Shown piece by piece: positions 13,401-25,454 of a stretch of DNA of 64,000 bases (position 1 is its first letter; each line of letters begins with the position of its first letter). Location of the stretch: assembly GCA_030704615.1 (NCBI GenBank), contig CM060732.1:54808001-54872000 (forward strand). Reading direction: 5' to 3'. The stretch comes from Takakia lepidozioides. Its lineage: Eukaryota; Plantae; Bryophyta. A program made the translations under genes and the position numbers. A model generated the notes under the pieces. That model did not search any database. It was not told the DNA's origin and saw nothing but the letters and a program-made list of their open reading frames with translations.

Positions 13401-14388
13401 AGCCAGCCAACACGTTGGTTGATACTCGATACCATGACCCTCTAAACAGGTTGGAATTTACCCCAGAGACCTCAAACTCAGAAAAATCCAAGCAAAGTAT
13501 TCCCTTCATCTTGTTGAGAACAAATTAAACTGTATTGTTTGACCAAACAATCAAGACAGCCAGAATTCAACCTCTTCTACCATCTATCAGCCTACCTCTT
13601 GCTCTCATTTCGGACACTTTTCAAAGGAATGCCGATGTTGTGGTCCGGCAGGGGTCATGGTCGTGACTTTCATTCTGTCTCATGTAAGTGCTGACTTTCA
13701 GGAGTAAGAGCGTTGTCAGGGTCAAGAAACAAGCGATTTAGGGTGACGCTAGAAGAAAAATACCCGAGTCAAATGGAGAGCAATGGGGGGAAATCCACAT
13801 CCAGAAATTAGAGCGCGACTTTCTCAGAGCAGAACGCACGGTGAGGTGATGAATGCATGCAGGGCCGACCCTTATAAGAATCGAACGGTTTCGACTGGTA
13901 GTGAAAGAGAGAGACACTATCTGCACCAACAGAGTGATACACATACACAAAACCCACTCACGAAAACGCAACCCGCGACTCGGAAGCCACAAACTATGAA
14001 CAATCGATCTAGAAACCAGAGAGTGACTGCCGTTTGCAAAAGGGGAGGGGAGAGGGACAGAGAAGCGGTTGACCGTTAGGAGAGTTACCAGTGAAGCGGA
14101 CACGCATTATGCATGCAACGCATCTTTGGTGGGCCCGTTCAGGACGGAGACATGATCCCCCACCCACCCTCTCTTGCGTCGCTTCCGAACCGGACCGCAG
14201 CTCCCATGGCCTTTCTGAATTCCATAGCCATGGCCTCCATGGATGCAGTGCCTGCGCGGCCTGCCTGGATCCATTGTTGTGTCTGATGAATGTGATCTGT
14301 GAACAGAACTCAGACTGTGAATGGGACACATGGCGGGATTGTACCGCCCTAGGACAATACTGGACTATCTTAGTGAAGCTCTGTAGCT

Positions 14389-17300
14389 ATGGCGGGCAAG
14401 CTCATGCATCCGATGGTCTTGTCCTTCAGGCAGGCAGGGACTTTGAGCGTGTCTAGGTGGAGGAGAAGATGGGCGGAAGGTGGGGCTCCAATTCACAGTG
14501 GAAGTGTGCTGGCTGCAGCAGATGGGAGCGGAGAGCGGCCTGGTGGTGGTGTGTCGTTGGTTCAGGGTGCTTCGCGGGGACTAGGCTTTGAATTTGTGAG
14601 TCTGTTGAAAAATAATCTTCTGGGTCTTTTTTGTCTACCCTGCAGTCTTGCTATATGTTTTGGCGTAATGTTGTAGAGTTCCGTTCCTCGGATATCTTTG
14701 GTTTGTAACTGTGAATTCCATAGTAAGTGTTTCCATTCTCCATGCTGGTGAGAAGTTTCGTAATCTGAACTTGATGTCCTCCTCGTGTTGTTGATATGGA
14801 GTGGAGATGAGTGAATGTGAAGGATTGATAACTGAGGAATGGAGTGGGTGGAAATGAAGTAAAATGGGCGGATTTCAATCTTGTAAGCCATGAGATGCAT
14901 TGGGGAACTGGCAGGTTCGGCAGCTGCTGGAGAAGTCTACAGGGGGTCATGTGATTGCTACTTGTCGCGATCCCCGTGGTGCAGAGGGTCTGTCGACCCT
15001 CAGGGAGCAACATGCAGAGCGGTTGACTTTGTTACCCTTGGATGTCACGAACGAAAGCACCATTGACGTAAAATATTAGACCCCATTTGCAAATTCTCGG
15101 ATTGCAATCGTTTCAGTTCGAAATGTTTTTTGTGTCGCAGTATACCCACCTCATCATTGCGTTTGGTGTGCGGATGGATGGTAAGGCGGCAGCAAAGGTC
15201 ATACTCAAAGACCACGGGAGGCTAGATCTGCTTATCAACACTGCAGGCATTCTTCATGTCAACAATCTCAATGTGCAACCGGGTACAAGCTTAATCTCTC
15301 AACTTCAGTTCCGATTGACTAGTCACTCACACAGAACTCCAGTCACGCCTAGTCTGTAGCTCATCCTCTGGTCACAGTTATTTATCTCGAAAATTGGAAC
15401 ATGTTGCAGCAATCGTTTCCCTTCATCTCCCAGTAGGTGTTTCAACACGACGGTGTCCACATTTGTCCAATGTGTTCAACCCTCCCATTGCAGACTAAAA
15501 TGCCAATCTGTTTCTCTGAAAGTCAATAAACTATTACACCGAGCCCTTGCTATAGAAAAAACATCAATCACTATCAGTGAAGTTTTGAAGTAACTCGCTT
15601 AAGTTGAGTGCTGGCAATGTTGTAGGGGTGAGAGTGAACCTTGAGCTCTTTGCTGCACTTGGTTTAGCACTCGATCGGTAGTAAGGAGTTATCCACTTTA
15701 GAACGGAGGCTTGAGTTAGCTAATTATAAACCCTTGTTTGTTTGTCACTCTAGTGCCTGTGTGGGTTCAATCACAGGACAAGAACACGAACAGTTATTTT
15801 CAGCATCATGCAAGATAGCCTGGCATGATTACTATCATCCCTGGCTAATCTTGCTATTTACTAAGTGCCAAAAGGCGGTCTATGTCTCTGTCTCTGTCTG
15901 GTGAGATATATCTAAACCTTTTGTTTCACCAATCAGTATCCTAAGTGAGTTGTTGCTATCAAGATTTGACCCTTGAGGGAGGCAGGAGCAGGTCAGAAAG
16001 GGACTATGCATTCATAACCTCAATGTTTTCCCACAAAACATATTTCAAACCCTTGTGGCCACCGACCCTGCAGAATGGCTCTGCTTGGTAGGGTGACAGT
16101 CTTGTATGACCCACATGTCTGTCCCCACAGCACAAGTATGATAGAGCTTTACTACAGGCAAATGTGGTTGACAGGGAGGGAGCTATGAAATGGTGGAGGG
16201 AAGCAGGGAGAGAGAGCTGAGCTTTGAGCTTCCCATAGTATGACACTTGTGTTGGATGGGTAAGGGGTGCAGAAACTTCGTTAATCAAAGTAGATCCACA
16301 AGCCTTGATTATTACTTACCAAATCAATGCGATGGGGCCTATTCTGGTTACCAAGGTACTTACCACCGAATCAATCCATGAGCTTTTCTGGCTGAAATTG
16401 GTCTATCGATCAGCCGCATATATGCTATAAGTTGCATCTGGTCAATGTTCTGGCTACTGTGTGTCCTCCAGGAGCAGGAATCATCTCTAGGAATCATTGT
16501 TTCCTTCACAGGTGTTGACTTTGGCTTCCTGTGGATAATGTAGAGTTTCTTACTTTCTGCTTTCCGTTATCACCATGACATTTGGGAATAGTGACCATCA
16601 GTAAATGGTAGATTCCCCCTAGTACCTCCAATTCAGGAATCTTTTCAAATATCAATACTGCATGTAGTTTAGGTGGTAAACTTCTTTTGTTTCTTCCGGC
16701 TTCCATCTCCCTACCCCACTTGGAAATGGGTTGACACAAGTATCCCTTTATTTGTGGGGGAATACAGCATATGGCAGCTTTGCTGAAAGCAGGAGGGGGA
16801 AAGGGCACAGGAAGGCCTGCAGCCATCATTGCAAATTTGAGTGCACGCGTTGGGTCCATTGGTGACAACCAACTTGGTGGTTGGTATGCTTATCGTGCCT
16901 CCAAGTCCGCCCTCAATCAATGTAAGTTTTGTCCCGCGATGAAATGAAATGAAAGGTGATTTATAACGTCTGCGGAAAGCTCATAGAGCTTATGGGACAA
17001 AATGGAAGAAAACATGAGAGAGGAAACAAAACCAGAGCCAAAAATAAATACTATTGCTTGAGTGATTGTCTAAGGGTGAAGGCCTCGTGCAGGTAAGCTG
17101 CCAAGCTTTTCTGATCCTCATAGTGGAAGACGTCAGTGAGACATTGGGTTCCGTGGAATAGACAGTGGAAAGAAAGATCAAACTTTGCTACAGCAATATC
17201 TCATATTAAGCAAAGTAGAGAGAAGGCTACATCCAAAGGAAGCCCATGGAGAGAGATCCCAGATGTGGAATAAGGGGCCATTATGGGTGCCGTAGTTTTC

Positions 17301-18199
17301 GTGCAATTGCAGTTCCTGTTGGAAGACCATCTCAGGAGTTGAAGTACTGAACCTGCCTCGAAACGGTCTCAAACACTACAGTGACATTTGAGGGCTTAGT
17401 GGAGGGTGTCAGTGAGAATCCTACGCTGATATCATCAGAAGCATCCACCTGCAACCCAGGGTCTTAGCTCAATACCTGTCCTGTTACCTCTAGAGAGTAT
17501 GTCCCTTTAGCAAGTCAGTAGGAGGATGTGTGGATTGGAACAAAAATCGGACTTCTCTTGCAACTACAGTGAATGTAGACATTCTGTTTGATAGTGACTG
17601 CAATCATATGCATCTGCAAGGGACCCACTGTATTATCCCTTCTAACTGGTGGAAGCTGTTTTTGGTCATGCTGTAGCTGGTTTCAGGTCCAAAGCCACAT
17701 AGGCCTTTGTTGAATGTTACAGTGTATGGCTCACGGAGTGTGGCTGGTGCTTGAAATTGGTTCCTAGTGGCGTCCAAGCCTCCAGGGCAACAGTAGGTAT
17801 TCATAGAAAAAATCTTGATGTTCAAAGAGGGCAGTGGCAACAGGAGGGCTGATCTGGCTATCATCATTGCTTTTTGTTCTCTCAAAGTGCTTCAGAATCT
17901 GCAGTTAATACCCCAGGTTTGATCTTATATGTAACAAAGGCTTCAAATGTCCATGATATGCAGTGACAAAAACAGCATCTATCGAATTCGCTCGAAGGAA
18001 AGATCCCATAGTGTCTATATTGCTCCATCCTGGGACTGTTGACACCGACCTTTCCAAGCCTTTTCAACGCAATGTGCCAAAAGGCAAACTCTTCACATGT
18101 GAGTATTCAGTCGAGAAGCTTCTGAGCATCATCAATGGCGTGGAAAGCAAAGACAATGGAAAGTTTTTTGCTTGGGATGGGGAAGAGATACCTTGGTAG
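14389..18199 (+). CDS. Short-chain dehydrogenase/reductase, C-factor (CsgA)-like, with N-terminal extension
   Basis: Exons 14389-14595 (VQGASRGLG), 14915-15067, 15186-15282 (LDLLINTAGIL), 16273-16355, 16768-16921 (SARVGSIGDNQLGGWYAYRASK, YxxxK), 17964-18199 (LHPGTVDTDLSKPF..WDGEEIPW*). Phases are consistent. Confidence 0.92.
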
Positions 18200-18721
18200 C
18201 CAAGTTCTCATTATTGAGATATTTTTCCAGTGCCATGGACGGATCTGACTGTCCTCACCCTGCCTTCCAGTCTGTGACATGGGCAAGACGTTAAGGATGA
18301 TCTGATGGGCCTACGAACCCTCGGCACTGGACTGAAATTTAAACTCAGGGCAGGGAGCCTACCTTTGAACAATAAACAGGTATAGGAGGTTGTAATTGCC
18401 CGACGGCCAGGGTATTCTCACCAAAGAGTGACCCTCTTCAGGAATCTCAAGGACATGGTTCCTACATCTCTGTTCACCAACTTTCAAAATCTCCAAGCTG
18501 AGCCTACAGCCCTGGCCCTGTTGGAGTCCAACTTTTGGGCTAGCACACCTAGCGGATTGATGATTGTGCAAAGGGCTTTGTAGAGGATATCTGGAAAGAC
18601 TGAACTAATTGAAGGTAAGTTACACAACTGGACTGAGCCCCTAACAAATGTACTGCCTGTTCCTTACGTTCCCGTCCCAACCAAGTTGTACTTTACTTCT
18701 TTTTGCTCTTTCTCTCTCCCT

Positions 18722-19639
18722 GTCTCCTGGTGGGAAAAGAATTTGGAGCCATTACAGTCATCTTTTCTCCAAGCAATGCTTGGCGCCAGGAGCACAACTC
18801 CATCTCAGATCCTAGGGGCAGAGTTCGCATGTGTACCATTGCAATCCGAGGCTCTCTTCCGGCTTACAATCTTTCTCCATAGATTACAGGCCCTTCCACC
18901 CAAGGGGCTCGTGGTAAGGGCCCTCGCAACATCTATGAGGCTCAAAGCTGCAGGTTTCAGGAACTCCTGGTATGCTCGAGTGGACAGTTTATTTCAACGC
19001 AACGGACTTACTACTGCTTTCCTATAATGAATCCAGATGAGGTGGACATCACGTCCAGACATGACCGCAACAGACTCATTAGGAGAGAGCTTATGGAATT
19101 ACATGTCCAGAGAACTTGGAAGCTACCCAATCTCACAACAAAGCTCCACTTCTATCGAGAGACATTCTTGGTGATCCGCGACAATAGAATCTTGAGACCA
19201 AATTACCTTTCAGCATCCTTATCTCCTTCCCTCTTGAGGGCATTGGGACGGTTCAGGGTGGGTTCCCACAACCTACGGATAGAGACTGGCAGATGGGAAA
19301 ACTTGCAACGGGAGGACCGCCTATGTCCAGCTTGCATAGGGCGCAGCAAGGAAAATGAAACTGAAGAACACTTCTTCTACTGCCCTCTATACTACGAGAT
19401 CCATGGGAGATTCCACTGTTTATTCAGTGAACCCAAACTCTCACTGATGTCTTCCACTATGAGGATCAAAAATGCTTGGCAGCCTACCTGCACGAGGCCT
19501 TCACCCTTAGACATTCGCTAGAACATTAATTGTGGTTTCTGGACTTGTTCCTCTCTCATGTTTCCATTTTGTCCCATAAGCTCTATGAGCTTTCCGTGGA
19601 CGTTATAAAGTACCATTTCATTTCATTTCATTTCATTTC
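18722..19639 (+). mobile_element. ~0.9 kb 5'-truncated copy of the RTE-X-like LINE with 11-bp TSD
   Basis: Highly similar to 6832-7773; (ATTTC)n tail; TCTCTCTCCCT at 18711-18721 and 19640-19650. Confidence 0.9.
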
Positions 19640-22210
19640 TCTCTCTCCCTCTAGGCTCTCTCATGCTTCCCTCCAAACTGGGTGTGGGGTCTATGGCCAT
19701 CTATGGCCACAAGGCTCCGGCAAAGAAAGAGTACATTCTCTCTTACAATGAGTACTCAATGTACTCCATGTACTCATGGTAATGTACCCAATGTACTCGG
19801 TGTACCATGGTCTCCTCCATGAGATTCTTGTTTGTTGAGGTCCTATCTTCCTGATGAAAGTTTGCTGAACCCTTGAACAAATCCCTCATGCAAGAGCTGG
19901 AGGTTACTTGGAAAGAGGTTACTTGGAAATCCTCAGCTGAATCTTGCATGCGAAAGCGGAGATCTTTATTATCGCGTCCCTCGAGGTTGTTGGTGTTTTA
20001 GTCTCTCAATGGGTAGGTGTACGGCAAATAACGTCTCATGAGTAACTTACATTCTCTCTCTCAATCCAGTCGTTGTGTCAATCTGCTGGAGATTCTTTCT
20101 TGCGGAAATTGAAAGTGAAGAACATTCTTTCACTCCCTTTGTACCATGAGATCCGCGAGAGATTCAACTGTCTATTCCGGAGTACCCGATCTCTCACGTT
20201 ACCAGGATCAGGAATGCTTGGCAGCTTGCATGCATGAAGCGTTGACTCTTTGACACTCCCTTGAGCTTTAGTTAATTTTAGGCTGTTTGTGGGCCCTCTC
20301 TCCTTCTTTTTTCTTTCTTCTTTCTTCCTCTTGTCCCATAAGCTCTTGAAGCTATAAAATACCAATTCATTTCACTTCCCTCGAGCCCTTCTCCAAACCT
20401 GGAACCTCTGCAATCGTCTTTCCTCCAAGCAATGCTGGGGCCAGAGGTGCAACACCATTATAAACCTTTATGTGCGGAATTTGCATGTGTGCCGCTTCAA
20501 CCAAAGACATCTTCCGGCTTACAATCTTCCTTACAAGGTTGCCAGCAGAATGGCTAACACCCCGAGCTCTATCAGACTCAAAAACGCTGGTTTCAAGACC
20601 TCATGGGATGCTGGAGTCTACAACTCTTTTGGGGGCCACGAACTCTCCACTCCCACAAAATACTGAGGGAGTGGAAATTTCGTCCATGGAAACCCAGTCA
20701 ATCTTGCAACAAAACTGCAGTTCCCTCCTCCGCAACGATAAGAATCTTGCGGCCTAATTACCTGACTGCAGCTATGTGTCCCTCTCTTTTGAGGCCATTG
20801 ACAACAGCTTTGAAGCTGCCCACCATCAAACAAATCATTCCCCAGCACCACAGAAAATAGAACCGCATACTGCAAAGATTAAAAGGATTCCCACACGGTC
20901 CCGTGGGTATTGTGCCCATCCGTTGGATAAAAGATGGCTGAGCGTTCCTTCCCGCCCTCTTGACATTTGAACACACGGCTCATTGAGCTTTCTTCCTCCG
21001 TCTGTTCTCATTTCACCGCATGGTTGCGCCCAGAAAATCTTAGACATCAACGTCAGTGTGCTTGTGCGTCTGTCACTGTTTCTTTGTTTATTATAGGAGT
21101 AGATGGCGGTGAGGATCAAACCACGGCCATCAACCCAAGACCAGAATGCTATGTGTCCCCTTCTCTCAGGTGCCCATCCAGTCTCTTGAATTCTCCTGTT
21201 TGATTCGGAGGTCATCTGTAGAACTGTCAGTGGGGATCTGATCTGGAGCGTGGGAAGAAATTTTTGGGTCGGGGATGGACCCTGCACTTAGGAATCACAT
21301 GCTTTTGATTTACGGAGGTGTTGTAGTCGTTGGCCGAAGAACCCAACAGGGTTGTCCAGTCAGCAGCATTCACATGGGAAACGAGACTTCAAAATTGAGT
21401 TCCACTTCAACCGATAGGAAACATGCATAGAAACTATAGCACCAGAGTTACATCTGTGGACTGTCAGGGGGTTGAAGGAGAGAGCCATAGCGAGGGCAAG
21501 AGGAGATCTGAAATGTATTTTTGTGAAAGGAGATTAGTAATTCGAGCATGCAAACTCTAACACTAGATCTGCAACATCATTGGCACACGAGTTTCTGTGG
21601 AGTTTAGGCTTGATCTCCCTCTTGGATTCAAGCAAAGGTGTTTTCTGCAATGTCATTGCTTGGTTTAGCCCTAGTTAGTGCTGACCAACAAGAACGATCT
21701 AATCACAGCCTGTGGGGAAGAGGGCAAGAGAAACGAAATGAAAGGAAATGGAACTTTATAACGTCCGCAGAAAGCTCAAAGAGCTTATGGGACAAAAGGA
21801 GAGCAAGAAACAAGAAACAAGAAGAGAAAAAGAGGGAAGTCAGAAGCAGCCCAAAAGCAATTACTGCTCAAGGGATTGTCTAAGGGTCAAATCTTCATGC
21901 AGGGAAGCTGTCAAGCATAGATAGAAGAAGGAAAAAGAAAGAAGAAAGGAAAGGAGAGGAGAGGAAGATGTCCATAGGAAGCTCAAAGAGCTTATGGCAC
22001 AATAGAAAATAAGATAGAAAGAAGGAACATCATGCAGTCCAGGGAAAATCTTAGAGCTTATTGGACTAGAACACTTTACAATCAAAGAAAGCACTAGAAA
22101 CTTCTCCTAAAGCGACTTGTGAAGGTGGAGAGACAGAGAGCCAGATGTAGATAGAGTGGTTGAAGTGAATTACAGAATATCAGTTAACTTTTCTCTCTTG
22201 TATATGAGCA

Positions 22211-22689
22211 GCCAAGATGCAAAGAGGTGCTGGAAAGCCAGCGTTGGGGAAGGCAGGTGGGCTCAAGCCACAGCAATCCATTCTGAACGAGCGCAAAATA
22301 CTGTCCAACATCACAAATTTGTGTTTTTCTTCCCCAGGAACCCCTAAGGCCACCGTTAAACCAGACTCTGGAAATTACAGTGCAAAGGCAGTGCGTCCTT
22401 CGTTGTCCTCCATCAGCTGCTGTCCGTGTCCCCCTTCGCAACATCACCAATGAGAATGCCCTTCTGAGTCCTTCCCCCAGCAGTGCTCTGGGAAAAGACC
22501 TCAAGCAGAGAAAGCCCAAAACTGCAACAAGCCAGCAGAAAGTTGAGGGGCTCAAAGCTGTGCCTGTTCATCCACCCCTTAGCCAAGAGATCGAGCAGAA
22601 TATCGAGAAGTGGGTGCAGGAGGGGATTGAGCACATCCATTTCTCTGGTCAGGACATGGAGGCTGCACATGCCAAGCGTGAAGATGAAG
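22211..22689 (+). pseudogene. D-box-containing PATRONUS/securin-like exon fragment with apparent frameshift
   Basis: AG acceptor before 22211; RKILSNITN and RVPLRNITN (RxxLxxxxN) in two different frames; EKWVQEGIEHIHFSGQD followed by a GT donor at 22690; no other exons found. Confidence 0.45.
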
Positions 22690-22994
22690 GTGTGTGTAAT
22701 TCTAGGTGTATTTCTCTCGTCAAACAGAAGCTGTCACCTGGTGTCATGTCGAACAGTCATCAGCTTGTCACTCATGCAAGATCAATACTGCTGCTGGAGA
22801 GAAATGAAATGAAATGAAATGGTGCTTTATAACATCCGCGGAAAGCTCATAGAGCTTATGGGACAAAATGGAAGAAAGCATGAGAGAGGAACAAATCCAG
22901 AAACCACAATTAATGTTCTAGCGAGACAGAAAAGATAGCATTTCCTACACCCATGGGAGACCCTGAGAGAGAATTTTCTCATAAGACATTGTTT

Positions 22995-23290
22995 GCTGTA
23001 GCCTTGTAGCTGCAGACCCTGTGCCCAGTTTGGGCAGAACAAGAGGCAGACACTACCTTTGTGAGGGGCTCACTCCAGTAGTGGGACTTACCTTGACATA
23101 GTTGGGCTTTCCAGACTTCCTCTAGAAAGCCCTTCATACAACATCAATCTGCTGTGTGTACCCCAACATGGCCAGGCCAGGGCTTTAGGCTCAGCCTTGA
23201 GAGTTTGAAGGTGGGTGAACAGAGGTGTAGGGACTATGTTCTTGATGGTCCTGAAGAGGGTCGCTGGATATTGCCGCCTGCACATCAGGC
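22995..23290 (+). repeat. Second dispersed repeat family (probably a non-LTR 3' region)
   Basis: gccttgt.g..agaccc..gcccagtttggg..actacctttgtgaggggctcactccag motif also at ~210-245, ~615-790 and ~63090-63160; related segments inverted at ~18400-18600 and ~19670-19720. Confidence 0.7.
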
Positions 23291-25454
23291 ATTGACAATC
23301 TCTCAGAGAGCAAGAAAGAGAGAGATAAAGAACAGTCTATGGCAATTGGAGGTCCAGATGGCCCATAGGACACATAGACCAAGAGAGGGAGGGACACAGA
23401 GGAGAAGCGTTTTCTTCTTCATGGGAAAGAGAAGTTCCGTTCTCTTGTTAATGTCTATATCTGGTCACCAATATGTTGCTAGGATTGGAGCCCCAACGCC
23501 ATAGACCTAGCAGCACTCCTGATAGAAAGACCATCAATGTCACATGGGTGAATGTAAAGCTCCATCAGGAAAAGTATAAAATCCTTTTGCTAGGAGAGCT
23601 ATCTCAGTACCACATTAGATTAGTCACCAACTGGGAAGGGTGATCCATGGTCAGCATGCTCCAGCTTCCACAATATCAGAGCATTAAGCTCCTTTTTCTC
23701 CATGACAAATATACCCAGATGAAGTGGCTCCGGGAGGGTTCCTATCCGCATCGGGACCGTTACAGGATTAAGGGGCTGGATTCAAAGAAATCTGGCTGCT
23801 CTCTCTTCGCTTGACCTGAGGTTGAGCGTATAAATGGCTGGCTGACCTGAGTATAGGAATCCGGTGTTTGGGTATGTACGTACGTACAACCTGGTGTTCT
23901 GTATTGGTGTACAGTGGATGTAAGGCTATTCTGTGTATGTGCCACATTCATACCCTGCTGCTTAATCCTCTTCGGTGCTTAATCCTCTTGGGGTAGCTCT
24001 GTCTCTGTCTTCGTTGCGGTCCACGCTCTTTCCAAGCTACACCCTTCCCACTATTCCTGTGCATACAGTTGAGGAACGTTGTATCTCCACCAAACACAAA
24101 ACTAGTCATCACAATGCAGATTATCCCCAGGGAAGGGGGAGAAGATTCAGAAGATTCATGGCAGATTCATCGAGAAGATTCATGTTGCCAAGAACCATTC
24201 AACTTCCACAGGGTCTTTGAAGCAGATTGAAGCACATTGAAGCACCGCTTCCAAGATGGAATTTGTACTTTTGAGTATTACTGGCACTGAATGTCCATCA
24301 TTTGAAACGGGAAGGTGTTTAAGATTACATTTGCTTATAGATTTGTAAATGGCTTAAAGCCAAAACAAACTGTGTGTCATCGATTGCACCAATCCTTCTG
24401 CCCTTTATTTATGCTGCTCATCTCAATTATCGCAGTTCTCAAGCACGCTTCTCCAACGAAAGGAGGAGTTGTAAAAATCTTCCATGGAGATTGTAGATAT
24501 GAAGTTCTCAAGTTACAACTCAAGCTTGACAATGTTGCAGATAAACGTGCAGCGCACAGCATTCCACGAACTAACACATTCCATCAATTCCTCCCTCCCT
24601 TAGTAGAGACATGACCCTTCATTGTGGCAGAAGGTGAAAGAGAAACAGCCTGCGCTTTAGCTGTTCGGAATATAGACATGGATGTTGAGGCTGCCCCATG
24701 CCTCGGATTGTAGGACTCTTTAACAAAGCTTCAAGGTGTACTTTCACCTCTTTATCTCGAAGGGGGCCTAAAATCTGGTACACCAGTCTGACTCATGCTC
24801 CTACCAAAGTTGCTTATATTAACATCTCGGTGCACGGCACCAGCTGCTTGCTCCTCAACCACAGCACTGATGAAAATTGAGTTCGGGAAGCTGCTTGCTC
24901 CTTACCGCAGGACTGAATTCTTGATTCCGATATTGCGTTTCAGAAGTTGCTGCACTGCAGAGATCAGCAACAGCATCACCTCCTCACATACCTATACCCT
25001 TGGCTATGCCAAGTGTACGCATCCGCACTGGTCCATCAGACATTGGTCAAAATGAAGGTCGGGCCTCTTGAGAGGCTAGGTCAAGCCGCAGCCGTTGGCT
25101 CGGCTCCTTAGCCGTTGGCTCGGCTCCTTAGCCGTGGCAAGCTACTTCCATCCTTTTACCGCTCATCTCCTCCTACTCCCTCTCTTTCCATCTATTGTCA
25201 CATCCCCCGGGCCCGGACCTCCTCTGAACAAAATTCTTGAATCACTCAACTGCTGGTAGTTTATGTCAGCGGAGAACACCTTGCATATAGAGGACAGATT
25301 TCGGGCCAATATTTTGCTGAGGTAGAATTGTTTGTCCAGTAGGAATTGTGAGAAATGAAAACAAAACGAATGAATTAAGTGACACTGCTAAACGAGAGAG
25401 AGAGAGACGAAGAGAGACTGAGAGAGAGAGAAGAGAGTTGCCAAGCAAGGATCG

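Noticed and set aside
25090-25135. 20-bp tandem duplication (gccgttggctcggctcctta x2)
   Set aside because: Simple local duplication; no function evident
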